Positions 19,681-30,659 of a stretch of DNA of 64,000 bases are shown one piece after another. How positions within the stretch are numbered: the first letter of the stretch is position 1; every line of letters starts with the position of its first letter. A program made the translations under genes and the position numbers. The stretch is taken from the NCBI GenBank assembly GCA_007694165.1, contig RECE01000212.1, positions 102,538 to 166,537 on the forward strand, given 5' to 3'. The stretch is from Bacteroidota bacterium. GTDB taxonomy: Bacteria > Bacteroidota > Bacteroidia > Bacteroidales > UBA7960. A model generated the notes under the pieces. It was given only the letters and a program-made list of their open reading frames with translations. It had not been told where the DNA came from and did not search any database.

Positions 19681-20274
19681 ATGCGCGTAAAACTAATTGG
19701 ATTATTGGCTGTAGCTTTGCTGTTTGCAGCATGTGGGCCACGTACACAGCCAGCAGAAGATTTTACAGAGCAACCTCCGGGCTTGCTTGAACTTGAGGCT
19801 CATGAAGCCTTTTTCAATAACCTGGCCAGTTTGTGTGGACAAACGTTTGCCGGCGAACAAACCTATCGCAGTCACCATGGCGAAAGCTGGGCAGGCAGGA
19901 GCATGATTATGTATGTAACGGTTTGTGAAGATGATCACATACATATTCCTTTTCATGTAGATGATGATCAATCCCGCACATGGATGTTTACTGCAGAGGA
20001 TGGCAATCTTGTTTTCAGGCATCAGCATCTGCATGAAGACGGCACTCATGAAGAAGGATCTATGTACGGAGGTGTAGCCAATGCTGAAGGAAATGCATTT
20101 GTTCAGTATTTTCCTGCTGATGAATTCACAGCATCAGTAATTGAAGGTGGCGGCGGTAATTTATGGATTGTTTCCATGGACGAGCAAATGACATATTTTT
20201 CTTACCGTTTAGACCGGGATGGCGAGAAGAGATTTGAAATTGTTTTTGATTTAAGAAATCCATTGGTCAATTAA
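19681..20274 (+). CDS. Hypothetical His/Asp-rich lipoprotein
   Basis: 197 aa. Lipobox LLFAAC, and His clusters SHHGE, DDHIHIPFHVDDD and RHQHLHEDGTHEE. No family recognised. Confidence 0.55.
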   Translation: MRVKLIGLLAVALLFAACGPRTQPAEDFTEQPPGLLELEAHEAFFNNLASLCGQTFAGEQTYRSHHGESWAGRSMIMYVTVCEDDHIHIPFHVDDDQSRTWMFTAEDGNLVFRHQHLHEDGTHEEGSMYGGVANAEGNAFVQYFPADEFTASVIEGGGGNLWIVSMDEQMTYFSYRLDRDGEKRFEIVFDLRNPLVN

Positions 20275-20297
20275 GAGTGGATTTTTTCTATTCCTTT

Positions 20298-20334
20298 AAA
20301 ACACCAGCGTATTTTGGCTGGTGTTTTTTTTTTG
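20298..20334 (+). terminator. Rho-independent terminator
   Basis: Stem AAAACACCAGC / GCTGGTGTTTT followed by a T-run of about 10. Confidence 0.8.
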
Positions 20335-20644
20335 CTTCAGAATTTCAGGGGTATTGTATTTATGGTCATCCAGAATTCGATTTATCCCGGCACAAGTCAG
20401 CAGAGTTGTTTTTATGCGAATCTCAGAGAGGTATCGCAAGGAAAATAATTGTAACAATAGCTCTACACATTGCTTTTGTCTGTTCTACACAATGTGGTAA
20501 TACATTCACAAATTGTAGAAAACCCTTGTCTTTATGTTTTCAAAATTAAGGGTACATATAGGGTGGATGAATTTTTCAAGCCTTGTTATTAATGCCAGCC
20601 CTTATTGTCTCATAATTTATATTATGTTAAATAGAAGTTTCGTA

Positions 20645-20676
20645 AAGAAAGGTGGCTCCTGTTTGCCACCTTTCTT
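20645..20676. terminator. 12-bp hairpin downstream of the TPR gene (strand ambiguous)
   Basis: AAGAAAGGTGGC / GCCACCTTTCTT with an 8-nt loop. The T-rich tract (ATTTTGCTT) lies on the plus-strand side only. Confidence 0.45.
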
Positions 20677-20702
20677 ATTTTGCTTATGTCATTGGGTAAA
20701 AA

Positions 20703-21935
20703 CTATTCTTCTTCAGGGCCTCCGAATTTTTCCTTCCAGATTTGGTTGGTTTCTTCCAGTTTTTCATTTTGCCCTGTTCTCATATACAATTCTCTAAGAG
20801 ACCTCAAAACAATTTCATAATTGTCATCATCTTCATCAATCAAAGTTAATGCTTCCTCAAGGTATGGCTGAGCATTTTCACTCCATACCTCTTTGGATTT
20901 TTCTTCAAGCGCTGAAGACTTTTTCAGGTTTTCTGTAGTGTACCCACCCCTCAAAATGTTATCTGCTTGCAGAAACAATTGAATACCCTGATTAAAGTAA
21001 AGTGCACCAAGATTGTAAATGGCATCGAAATAGTCCTCTCTTAACTCTATAGCTTTTTTATACGATTTAATGGCCTCGCCGTATGCAAACTCTCTCTCCT
21101 CCTTGCTAAAAACAGTGTCTTTTGACATTTGATCAAAATTAACAGCAAAAGCATAATGGAGATTTGCATTTTCGGGATCTCTCTCAATGGCCAGTTCAAG
21201 AACCCTGCGTGCTTCAGGAATATTTCCTGAGGTTAGGTGAACATTGGCTTCAGCAAATATAAGGTCCAGATTTTCAGGATATAACGCTCTTCCTTTACTG
21301 ATCCATTCTTCTGCTTGTTCAAAATCTTGTTTTCGAAGGCTTAACCCAGCCAGTGAACTATACAAAAAAGGTTGATCATACTCATACTCAGCCGTTTTTG
21401 CATAAAGATCATAGGCTTCATCGAACAAGCCGGCGATTTCAGCTGAAAGTCCTGCATTATAAAGCGTTGCTGTATCAATGGAACCAAATGACTCACTTAC
21501 CTTGTAAGATTTGAAAAAAGCATTGCTTGCCCGTGCATAAGCCTCATCATTATAGGCTATAGCTCCTTCATTAAAAAAGGCTTCTGACAGCACCAAAAGA
21601 GTTTGTTGGATATCAAGGTAGTTTAGGTTGTTTACATCAAGCTTTTCAGCCTTATTGATCGACTCAAAAGCTATATCCAGCGGTTTTTCTGCAAGTTGAC
21701 CAATTGCAGGGTCTTCTGCGGTAGCGATTTCGATCATAATCCTTGCATGGGTTACCCAGGTGGCTGCATCATTTTTGGTTGAAGCATCCGTAACAGCATT
21801 CTGAATGTGCTCAAATGCTTGTTCAATGTTTCCTCTGTTCAGCTGCCGATTGGCTCTGGTAACCTCTCTTTTCTGTGCGTTTACCATTTCTACGGCAAAC
21901 AAACACAATATTACTAAAACTGCGATTTTTTTCAT
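20703..21935 (-). CDS. Secreted TPR-repeat protein
   Basis: 410 aa. Signal peptide MKKIAVLVILCLFAVEMVNA and multiple TPR-like repeats (ANLHYAFAVNF, AIYNLGALYFNQG). Confidence 0.65.
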   Translation of the reverse strand: MKKIAVLVILCLFAVEMVNAQKREVTRANRQLNRGNIEQAFEHIQNAVTDASTKNDAATWVTHARIMIEIATAEDPAIGQLAEKPLDIAFESINKAEKLDVNNLNYLDIQQTLLVLSEAFFNEGAIAYNDEAYARASNAFFKSYKVSESFGSIDTATLYNAGLSAEIAGLFDEAYDLYAKTAEYEYDQPFLYSSLAGLSLRKQDFEQAEEWISKGRALYPENLDLIFAEANVHLTSGNIPEARRVLELAIERDPENANLHYAFAVNFDQMSKDTVFSKEEREFAYGEAIKSYKKAIELREDYFDAIYNLGALYFNQGIQLFLQADNILRGGYTTENLKKSSALEEKSKEVWSENAQPYLEEALTLIDEDDDNYEIVLRSLRELYMRTGQNEKLEETNQIWKEKFGGPEEE

Positions 21936-22053
21936 TGTCGATTCGTTTTTGTTGTTTAAGATTCAAATAAAACTTCTACAAATGTAGTATAAATTGAAAA
22001 ATTGCAAATTACTTCCCGGTAATTTAGTTGATTAATGTTATATTTCAATTACT

Positions 22054-24594
22054 CTATTCTATCTCGGGAGTATTGTCTTCAATATTATCAAAAGTTGTTC
22101 CATTTTCGGATTCTTCAGTATCAACGGCATCTTCAGCAGGTATTTCTATATTTTCTGCTTTTTCCTGTACTTTGGCCACCGCTGCTATGGTATCATCCTT
22201 TCTCAGATTAATAAGTCTTACACCCTGTGTTGCTCTGCCCATGTTTCTCAACCCGGATACTGACAAACGGATAGTGATACCTGATTTGTTGATGATCATC
22301 AAATCATCGGTATCGGAAACGCTGACCATGGCAATCAGTTGTCCGGTTTTTTCTGTAATATTGAGGGTTTTAACTCCTTTTCCTCCTCTGTTTGTAATTC
22401 GGTATTCCTGCAGGAAGGATCTTTTCCCATAGCCGTTTTCAGAAACTACCAGCAATGAACTTTCCAGATCATTAACACAAACCATGCTCACAACTTCATC
22501 GCTTTCACCTGTCAAAGTGATTCCTTTAACTCCTGAGGCGCCTCTTCCCAGGGCTCTGATAATATTTTCCGGGAAACGAATAGCTTTACCATTTTTGGCA
22601 GCAATAAGGATTTCACTTTCTCCGTTGGTCAGGCTGGCTTCCAGCAGTTCATCCCCTTCACGTATATTTATGGCGATAATACCGTTGGCACGTGGCCTTG
22701 AATATGCTTCAAGAGATGTTTTTTTGATGATACCTTTTTTAGTACACAAAATAATGAAATTATTGCTGATGTACTCTTTATCTGTAAGGTCCTTTACATT
22801 TACAAAGGCTTTTACCTTATCGTCAGTGGGTATATTTATCAGGTTTTGAATGGGTCTGCCTTTGGTGTTTTTGGCTCCTTCAGGAATTTCGAACACTCTT
22901 TTCCAGTAGCATTTACCCTGTTCGGTAAAGAAAATAAGGTAATTATGGTTGGTAGCATGGAAAAGGTATTCCACAAAATCTTCTACACGGGTAGTGGAGC
23001 CTTTTGAACCGGTACCTCCCCTGGCCTGGGTGCGGAACTCTGCCAGCGGTGTTCTTTTGATATAGCCCATGCGCGAAACAGTAATAACCATATCATCATC
23101 AGCTATGGTATCCTCTATTCTGAAATCATTGGCAGTATATTCAATTTCGGTGCGTGTTTCGTCACCAAACTTATCTTTAAGTTCTTTAAGTTCTTCCTTA
23201 ATGATCTCCATTCGCAGATCTAAATTGTCCAGGATACTTTTGAAATAATCTATTCTCTTGAGCAGTTCTTCGTACTCTTCCTTAATCTTTTCAATTTCAA
23301 GACCGGTAAGTCTTTGCAATTGCATGGCAAGAATAGCACGTGCCTGTAGTTCTGACAAGCTAAAACTGTCAATTAGTCCGTTTCTGGCAATTTCCGGTGT
23401 TTTACTTGATCGGATAAGTTGAATCACTGCATCAAGGTTGTCAAGGGCTATTATCAGTCCTTCCAGAATATGCGCCCTTTTTTGGGCTTCGCGCAATTCG
23501 TATTCGGTGCGGCGAACCACAATCTCATGTCTGTGCTCAACATAGTATTTTATAATGTCTTTTAGGTTGAGCATTTCGGGCCTGCCTTTTACCAATGCAA
23601 TATTATTTACATTGAATGCGGTTTGCAGGGCAGTGTGCTGATACAACTGGTTAAGTACAACATTGGGTACGGCGTCTCTTCGCAGCTCATACACGATACG
23701 CATACCTTTTCTGTCTGACTCATCTCTTATATCAGTAATCCCATCAATTTTTTTATCATTGACCAGGTCGGCAGTTTTTTTGATCATTTCTGCTTTATTT
23801 ACCTGGTAGGGTATGGAGGTAACAATTATGGTTTGTTTACCCGCATCTTCACCTTCCACTATGGCCTCTCCCCTTACCACAATCCTGCCTCTTCCGGTAC
23901 GGTAAGCTTCTTTAACGCCATCATGTCCGTATATAAGACCACCTGTGGGAAAGTCAGGACCTTTGATGAATTGCATAAGCTCATCAATGGTAATGTCAAC
24001 GTTATCGATGTAGGCAATAGTACCATCAATAACTTCTGAAAGGTTGTGCGGAGGCATATTGGTAGCCATACCCACGGCAATACCGCTGGCTCCGTTGATA
24101 AGCAGATTGGGTACCTTTGCGGGCAATACTGTTGGTTCCTCAAGGGTATCATCAAAGTTAAGCTGCATATCCACAGTCTCTTTGTCTAAATCGGCAAGAA
24201 TTTCTTCTGAAATTTTCCTCAGCCTGGCTTCGGTATAACGCATGGCAGCCGGGCTGTCGCCGTCTATACTACCAAAGTTACCCTGACCATCTACCAGGGG
24301 GTAACGCAACGACCAGGGTTGCGCCATCCTGACCATCGCATCGTAAACAGAGCTGTCGCCGTGTGGATGATACTTACCCAGCACCTCCCCTACTATCCTG
24401 GCGGATTTTTTGTAGGGTCTGTTACTGAATGTACCCAGCTCTGACATTCCAAAAAGAACTCTCCGGTGAACAGGTTTCAACCCGTCTCTTACATCCGGAA
24501 GTGCCCTGGAAACGATTACTGACATTGCGTAATCGATATAGGCACTCTTCATTTGATCTTCAATATTTACCTTTGTTATTCTTTCGTCTGACAT
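22054..24594 (-). CDS. gyrA: DNA gyrase subunit A
   Basis: 846 aa. Active-site region [15 protein letters not shown], GyrA-box-type C-terminal beta-pinwheel repeats and an acidic tail. Confidence 0.97.
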   Translation of the reverse strand: MSDERITKVNIEDQMKSAYIDYAMSVIVSRALPDVRDGLKPVHRRVLFGMSELGTFSNRPYKKSARIVGEVLGKYHPHGDSSVYDAMVRMAQPWSLRYPLVDGQGNFGSIDGDSPAAMRYTEARLRKISEEILADLDKETVDMQLNFDDTLEEPTVLPAKVPNLLINGASGIAVGMATNMPPHNLSEVIDGTIAYIDNVDITIDELMQFIKGPDFPTGGLIYGHDGVKEAYRTGRGRIVVRGEAIVEGEDAGKQTIIVTSIPYQVNKAEMIKKTADLVNDKKIDGITDIRDESDRKGMRIVYELRRDAVPNVVLNQLYQHTALQTAFNVNNIALVKGRPEMLNLKDIIKYYVEHRHEIVVRRTEYELREAQKRAHILEGLIIALDNLDAVIQLIRSSKTPEIARNGLIDSFSLSELQARAILAMQLQRLTGLEIEKIKEEYEELLKRIDYFKSILDNLDLRMEIIKEELKELKDKFGDETRTEIEYTANDFRIEDTIADDDMVITVSRMGYIKRTPLAEFRTQARGGTGSKGSTTRVEDFVEYLFHATNHNYLIFFTEQGKCYWKRVFEIPEGAKNTKGRPIQNLINIPTDDKVKAFVNVKDLTDKEYISNNFIILCTKKGIIKKTSLEAYSRPRANGIIAINIREGDELLEASLTNGESEILIAAKNGKAIRFPENIIRALGRGASGVKGITLTGESDEVVSMVCVNDLESSLLVVSENGYGKRSFLQEYRITNRGGKGVKTLNITEKTGQLIAMVSVSDTDDLMIINKSGITIRLSVSGLRNMGRATQGVRLINLRKDDTIAAVAKVQEKAENIEIPAEDAVDTEESENGTTFDNIEDNTPEIE

Positions 24595-24874
24595 ACTTTT
24601 TGTTTAGTATTTTTCCTACTAATTGGGAGTTCGGTTTTCCAAGCACGAAATTACGCTTTTTTTGTGTAAAAACTGAGCATGACAATTCGTCCGATAGAAC
24701 TATTTGCTAACAAAACGGCATTTTTTTTGTTAATAAGACCATATTGCTGAATTTACTGTCAAATACCCTGTTAAATCCTGCTTTGAGTTTCAACCTTTTG
24801 AGCCTGGATACCCTTTCACAGATATTGTGAATAAAAAATGTAAATCTTTCAGTCGATTTAGTTAATATTGTATA

Positions 24875-24882
24875 TACTTTTG
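24875..24882 (+). promoter_or_regulatory. -7 promoter box (TACTTTTG) upstream of clpC
   Basis: Exact TAnnTTTG match about 48 nt upstream of the ATG. Confidence 0.35.
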
Positions 24883-24929
24883 ATAACCCAAATACCTGTT
24901 TTTACTAATAATTTATCGCAATTACAATT

Positions 24930-27470
24930 ATGGAAGCGAAATTTTCCCCAAGAGTCAAAGATGTAATCACCTATAGTCGTGAGGAAGCCATTCGAAATGG
25001 TAACGATTATATTGGTATTGAGCATCTTCTACTCGGTATTATCAGAGAAGGAGAAGGCCTTGCCATCCAGATATTAGTCAACCTGGGAGTTGATCTCAAA
25101 AAGATTAAATCTACCATTGAAAAAACCATCCGTACAGACTCCAAAAAAAACCGGAATGTTGATAATCTCCCGCTGGTGAAGCAAGCTGAGAGAGTCTTAA
25201 AAATAACCTACCTGGAAGCCAAAGTCTTCAATAGCGAAGTGATTGGTACTGAGCACCTGCTGCTTTCCATCTTAAAGGACAAGGAAAATCTTGCCACCCG
25301 GCTTTTGTTGCAAAACGACATAGATTATGAAAGTGTCAAGGATGAAATAGTGTTGCTCAAAAACAATCCTGAAGAGGGTAAATTGGGTGGCCTGAATCCC
25401 AAAAGTGAGCTTTCACATAGCAGCGAGGATGATGAATCTTCAGAAGGTGGTGGTTTTGGCGGTAGTGGTTTCAAGAAATATTCGGATAAATCTAAAACCC
25501 CGGTTCTGGACAATTTCGGAAGAGACCTTACCAAAGCTGCAGAAGAAGATCGTCTGGATCCTGTTGTGGGTCGTGAGAAGGAACTTGAGCGTATTGCTCA
25601 AATCCTTTCCAGGAGAAAAAAGAACAACCCCATACTTATAGGTGAACCTGGAGTAGGTAAATCTGCTATTGCCGAAGGCCTTGCCTTGCGAATTGTGCAG
25701 CGAAAAGTATCAAGGGCACTGTTCAACAAAAGGATTGTTACCCTGGATATTGCATCCCTGGTGGCCGGAACCAAGTATCGTGGTCAGTTTGAAGAACGGA
25801 TGAAAGCCCTGCTCAATGAGCTGGAAAAAACTCCCGACGTAATCCTGTTTATTGATGAGTTGCATACCATTGTTGGTGCTGGTGGAGCCAGTGGCTCGCT
25901 GGATGCCTCCAATATGTTTAAGCCGGCACTGGCACGTGGTGAAATTCAATGTATTGGTGCTACTACCTTAGACGAATACAGACAGCATATTGAGAAAGAT
26001 GGTGCACTGGAAAGAAGATTCCAGAAAGTGCTTATCGAACCCACATCTGCCGAAGAAACCATCGAAATTCTCAACAACATTAAGAAAAAATATGAGGACC
26101 ATCACCTGGTTACATACTCTCCTGAGGCAATAAAAGCCTGTGTAAGTCTTACCAATCGCTATGTTAGCGACAGATGTCTGCCCGACAAAGCTATTGATGC
26201 CCTTGACGAGGCAGGTTCAAGAGTACATATTACCAACATACGTGTTCCTGAAAATATTATCAATATTGAATCACGCATCGATGTTGTGCGGGAGGAAAAG
26301 ACCAAGGCTATAAAAAGCCAGAAATACGAACAGGCAGCTAAATTCAGGGATCAGGAACGAGAGTTAATGGATTTGCTGGAAAAAGAAAAAAAAGCATGGG
26401 AAGAAGAGTCCCAGCTTCACCGTGAAGTGGTTACCGAGCAGAATGTTTCTGAAGTGGTATCCATGATTACCGGTGTGCCTGTGCAAAGAATTGCACTCAA
26501 CGAAAGTCAGCGACTCATCAGCATGGAAGCGGATTTGGAGAAAAGTGTTATCGGTCAGAATGACGCCATCAAAAAAGTGGTGCAGTCTATTCGCCGCAAT
26601 CGTGCCGGATTGAAAGACCCCGGCAAACCCATTGGTTCCTTTATTTTCCTTGGTCCCACAGGGGTTGGTAAAACACACCTTGCCAAAGTATTGTCAAAGC
26701 ACCTGTTTGATTCTGACGATGCCATCATCCGGATTGATATGAGCGAGTATATGGAAAAATTCGCCGTAAGTCGTTTGATTGGTGCACCTCCCGGATATGT
26801 GGGATATGAAGAAGGTGGGCAGTTGACTGAAAAAGTGAGAAGAAAACCCTATTCTGTGCTTCTGCTTGATGAGATTGAAAAAGCTCACCCGGATGTGTTT
26901 CATTTGCTATTGCAAATGCTTGATGATGGACAGCTTACTGATAGCCTGGGACGCAGAATCGACTTTAAGAATACCATTATTATCATGACCTCAAATATCG
27001 GATCGCGCCAGTTGAAAGACTTTGGCATGGGAGTAGGATTTAATACTACTGCCAAGCAGTCCAGAACAAAAGAGTATACGCAGAGCGTTATTGAAAACGC
27101 TTTGAAGAAATCTTTTGCTCCTGAATTTCTTAACCGGGTAGATGATATTGTTATTTTTGAAAACCTTGAAAAGGAAGATATCTTCAAAATCATCGATATT
27201 GAACTGGCTCACCTTTACAATCGTATCGAAAACCTGGGTTACAAGGTTGTCCTATCAGACAAAGCCAAAGAATATATCGCCGAAAAAGGATGGGATTCAG
27301 CATTTGGTGCAAGGCCTCTCAAGAGAGCTATCCAGAAGTACCTTGAAGACCCCCTTGCCGAGGAAATCATTAAATCTCAAGTGGATGAAGGAGATGAAAT
27401 TCATGTGGACTTTGATCCCGATAATGAAGAAATCATCGTTCTGCCCAAAAAACTCGAAAAAACCGATTAG
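24930..27470 (+). CDS. clpC: ATP-dependent Clp protease ATP-binding subunit ClpC
   Basis: 846 aa. Duplicated Clp_N repeats, two AAA modules ([16 protein letters not shown]) and a UVR-like linker ([15 protein letters not shown]). Confidence 0.92.
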   Translation: MEAKFSPRVKDVITYSREEAIRNGNDYIGIEHLLLGIIREGEGLAIQILVNLGVDLKKIKSTIEKTIRTDSKKNRNVDNLPLVKQAERVLKITYLEAKVFNSEVIGTEHLLLSILKDKENLATRLLLQNDIDYESVKDEIVLLKNNPEEGKLGGLNPKSELSHSSEDDESSEGGGFGGSGFKKYSDKSKTPVLDNFGRDLTKAAEEDRLDPVVGREKELERIAQILSRRKKNNPILIGEPGVGKSAIAEGLALRIVQRKVSRALFNKRIVTLDIASLVAGTKYRGQFEERMKALLNELEKTPDVILFIDELHTIVGAGGASGSLDASNMFKPALARGEIQCIGATTLDEYRQHIEKDGALERRFQKVLIEPTSAEETIEILNNIKKKYEDHHLVTYSPEAIKACVSLTNRYVSDRCLPDKAIDALDEAGSRVHITNIRVPENIINIESRIDVVREEKTKAIKSQKYEQAAKFRDQERELMDLLEKEKKAWEEESQLHREVVTEQNVSEVVSMITGVPVQRIALNESQRLISMEADLEKSVIGQNDAIKKVVQSIRRNRAGLKDPGKPIGSFIFLGPTGVGKTHLAKVLSKHLFDSDDAIIRIDMSEYMEKFAVSRLIGAPPGYVGYEEGGQLTEKVRRKPYSVLLLDEIEKAHPDVFHLLLQMLDDGQLTDSLGRRIDFKNTIIIMTSNIGSRQLKDFGMGVGFNTTAKQSRTKEYTQSVIENALKKSFAPEFLNRVDDIVIFENLEKEDIFKIIDIELAHLYNRIENLGYKVVLSDKAKEYIAEKGWDSAFGARPLKRAIQKYLEDPLAEEIIKSQVDEGDEIHVDFDPDNEEIIVLPKKLEKTD

Positions 27471-27497
27471 CAAAAAAAACATTAAAATGTCTTTTGG

Positions 27498-27531
27498 AAC
27501 CGGATCCTCACCATGGGGTCCGGTTTTTTTA
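27498..27531 (+). terminator. Rho-independent terminator of clpC
   Basis: Stem AACCGGATCC / GGGGTCCGGTT (one G-U pair) followed by TTTTTTTAT. Confidence 0.75.
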
Positions 27532-27657
27532 TTTGTTCCTGATTTTTAGCAAAACCGGTTTTCCTGTTTGATGCATTGATTTTTGGATTACTTGGCGGAA
27601 AAGTAAATAATCCGATTTTTTAATCATAAATTCACATGTAAATTGGATTGTGTTTAG

Positions 27658-27665
27658 TAGTTTTG
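27658..27665 (+). promoter_or_regulatory. -7 promoter box (TAGTTTTG) upstream of the TonB-dependent receptor
   Basis: Exact TAnnTTTG match about 61 nt upstream of ATG 27726. Confidence 0.35.
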
Positions 27666-27725
27666 AATTCTATTTCGAAAACAAACACATACAATTCAAC
27701 CAAATTATTATAAATCATTGTAATT

Positions 27726-30497
27726 ATGAATAAAAAGCTTTACATGAATTTTCTGATTCTTCTTGCGTGTCTTTTTATTGTAGATGTTCAGGCGCAGGAA
27801 TTGCAGTTAAGAGGTACTGTTCGCGACATGTCGGATCAGCAAACCCTGCCAGGTGTAAACGTAACCGTTAAGGGAACTACCACGGGCACTGTAACGGATA
27901 TCAATGGTCAGTATACCATTACGGCAGATACAGGCTCTGTGCTGGTATTTACCTTCGTGGGTATGCAGCGCAAAGAAGTTGAGGTAGATGGCAGTACGAG
28001 GGTTCTCAACGTGGACCTGCTACCTGAAGTTGCTCTTCTGCAGGAGTTTGTGGTGGCTATTTCGGCCATTGCCCGCGACAGGGAAACCCCGGTAGCCATT
28101 TCTACCATCAGCGCTGAAGTAATCAGCGAACGGTTGGGTTCGCAGGAGTTTCCGGAAATTCTCAAATCAACGCCCAGTGTTTATGCAACCAAAGATGGCG
28201 GAGGGTTTGGTGACGGACGCATCAACATGCGGGGGTTCGACTCCAACAACATTGGCGTTTTGATCAATGGAGTTCCCGTAAACGATATGGAAAACGGAAG
28301 GGTTTACTGGTCAAACTGGGCCGGTTTATCTGATGTAACACAGACCATGCAGGTGCAGCGTGGATTGGGAGCCTCAAGGCTTGCCATAAGCTCCGTAGGA
28401 GGAACTATCAATATTGTAACCCAAACCACAGATGCGAGAAAAGGGGGTACTGTTTTTTATGGCTTTGGACACGATGGCTATGAAAGAAGGTCGGTATCAC
28501 TGTCGACCGGTTTAATGGACAACGGCTGGACCGTTACAGCATTGGGCGGAAGAACAACAGGACAGGGTTTTGTAGATGGAACTGAGTTTGACGGGTGGTC
28601 GTATTTTTTCAATGCTTCAAAACAGCTAAGCGATCGGCACATTGTTAGTTTTACTGCATTTGGTGCCCCACAGTGGCACAATCAACGCTGGCCCCGTCAA
28701 CTTATTCAAACTTTCAGAGAACACGAAAGAGGCATTCGTTATAACCCTTCACAGGGTTTGCTCAATGGGCAGTCCTTTAACTCGGCGCACAATGAGTACC
28801 ATAAACCTCAAATCTCTATGAATCATTTCTGGTCTGTAAGCCCCAATACAACCCTGTCAACAGCAGCCTATGCATCCATCTCTTCAGGTGGAGGACGCAG
28901 GATGGTTGGACCTAACAACAACTGGTACCAGTTTGACCGAAATACCGGTTTACCTACAGGAGATACCAAGCTTACCCCCTATGGTTTACTGGACTTTGAT
29001 TATGCTGTGGAACAAAACAGCTTGTCGCCTAATGGTTCACGTGTAATTGTAGCCAACGCCACCAATGAGCATGACTGGTACGGCATTTTGTCTTCATTGC
29101 AAACAGAGCAAGGGAACTTCAGATATACCGGTGGTTTGGACCTTCGTTATTACAGAGGATACCATTACCAGGAGATAACAGATTTGCTGGGAGGTACCCA
29201 CTACCAGGATGTCATGACCAGGGAAAATCAGATTCATAACATTGACCGCTCAGTAGTAAGTCGCAATGTTAACCGGGAAACCTCGGCAAGGCTAACCATA
29301 GGCGATAAAATTGCTTATCATGACCTGGGAGAAGTAGCCTGGGGTGGTTTATTTGCTCAGGCAGAATATGTAAGTGACCAGTACTCGGCTTTTATTTCCG
29401 GTACCTTATCCAACACCAGCTACCGTCGTACCGATTATTTTCTTTATTACGATGAGGATTCGCCGGAAAGACCAAAACTTTTAGCAGAAGCTGATGAATT
29501 CTTCAACCAGGCTGCTGCAGCAGAGCAACAAGGCGATTCTGTAGCTTATGTCTCCTACATGAATAATTACAACAGCATTATGAATATGCAGGCCCTTCAG
29601 CCCCAGCAGTCAGACTGGATCGACTTTCTGGCATGGAGTATTAAAGGGGGTGCCAACTATAATATCAGTGCCCGACACAATGTTTTTGCCAATGCAGGAT
29701 ATTTTACCCGTGCACCGTTTTTCAGGTTTGCTTTTGTTGGATTTACCAATGTAACCAACCCCGGGGTTAACCATGAAAGGGTTATTTCTTCTGAAATAGG
29801 ATACGGATACCGCTCCCCCCTTCTGGCTGCCAATGTAATCCTTTACCGCACTGAATGGCTCGACAAGGCACTGGTTAGAAACCTCGGACAGGGTGTTATC
29901 GCCAACATTACGGGTCTGGATGCCCTTCACCAGGGTTTGGAAATCGATTTTACCATCAGACCTGAACGCAGACTTGAAATCAGGGGTATGTTCTCCTATG
30001 GTGACTGGAAATGGCAGGATGACCTGATTGCCGAAGTATTTGATGAAGACCAGGTTTTTCTTGATAGTATCCAGGTATATGCAAAGGGATTAATGGTGGG
30101 AAATTCTGCACAAATCACAGCAGCATTAGGGCTTTCCTATGAATTATTACCCAATGTAAGGTTAGGAGTGGATGCAAACCATTATGACAGGCTCTTTGCT
30201 GACTTCAACGTAGAAGACCGGGGTGATATTAATCTTAGAGGCCAGGATTCATGGCAAATGCCCGCCTATCAAATGGTAGACCTCAGCCTGCGATACAGGT
30301 TCAAAATCGCCGGGTTGGATGCTACTTTGCAGGCCAATATCAACAACCTCTTTAATACTGAGGCCATCAGAGATGCTACTGATGGGGTATACATTGACCC
30401 CAAAACAAATGAACGCATCCTGGGACGTCCTGATGTTGCTACTGTTTACTACGGCTGGGGACGCACATGGACCACCTCTTTTCGTGTAAGATTTTAA
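27726..30497 (+). CDS. TonB-dependent outer-membrane receptor (CarboxypepD_reg + plug + barrel)
   Basis: 923 aa. Signal peptide, N-terminal domain LRGTVRDMSDQQTLPGVNVTVKGTTTGTVTDINGQYTI, a plug region and a terminal aromatic residue (FRVRF). Confidence 0.88.
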   Translation: MNKKLYMNFLILLACLFIVDVQAQELQLRGTVRDMSDQQTLPGVNVTVKGTTTGTVTDINGQYTITADTGSVLVFTFVGMQRKEVEVDGSTRVLNVDLLPEVALLQEFVVAISAIARDRETPVAISTISAEVISERLGSQEFPEILKSTPSVYATKDGGGFGDGRINMRGFDSNNIGVLINGVPVNDMENGRVYWSNWAGLSDVTQTMQVQRGLGASRLAISSVGGTINIVTQTTDARKGGTVFYGFGHDGYERRSVSLSTGLMDNGWTVTALGGRTTGQGFVDGTEFDGWSYFFNASKQLSDRHIVSFTAFGAPQWHNQRWPRQLIQTFREHERGIRYNPSQGLLNGQSFNSAHNEYHKPQISMNHFWSVSPNTTLSTAAYASISSGGGRRMVGPNNNWYQFDRNTGLPTGDTKLTPYGLLDFDYAVEQNSLSPNGSRVIVANATNEHDWYGILSSLQTEQGNFRYTGGLDLRYYRGYHYQEITDLLGGTHYQDVMTRENQIHNIDRSVVSRNVNRETSARLTIGDKIAYHDLGEVAWGGLFAQAEYVSDQYSAFISGTLSNTSYRRTDYFLYYDEDSPERPKLLAEADEFFNQAAAAEQQGDSVAYVSYMNNYNSIMNMQALQPQQSDWIDFLAWSIKGGANYNISARHNVFANAGYFTRAPFFRFAFVGFTNVTNPGVNHERVISSEIGYGYRSPLLAANVILYRTEWLDKALVRNLGQGVIANITGLDALHQGLEIDFTIRPERRLEIRGMFSYGDWKWQDDLIAEVFDEDQVFLDSIQVYAKGLMVGNSAQITAALGLSYELLPNVRLGVDANHYDRLFADFNVEDRGDINLRGQDSWQMPAYQMVDLSLRYRFKIAGLDATLQANINNLFNTEAIRDATDGVYIDPKTNERILGRPDVATVYYGWGRTWTTSFRVRF

Positions 30498-30659
30498 TGA
30501 CAAAAGATTTTTATAATAAATAATATTTCCAGACTATGAAACATCCATGATTAAGCTTGAAACACACACGAGGATGACTTTTGGGAAAACCAATTGGTTA
30601 TCAGCGAATAAAGGAAGTTTTGGATGTTCCATCTAGCCACTTTAAAAATTTTTAGACAG

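Noticed and set aside
20277-20797. ORF-track entries of 90 aa (20277-20549) and 87 aa (20534-20797).
   Set aside because: The first runs through the lipoprotein terminator. The second overlaps the end of the TPR gene on the opposite strand. Both are Cys/Phe-rich with no start context.
24826-24847. A possible Rex operator (TTGTGAA half-site) upstream of clpC. Searches near rex and hydG were also made.
   Set aside because: Only one half-site is present, and the expected TTCACAA partner at N4-N6 spacing is missing. No convincing Rex box was found anywhere in the window.
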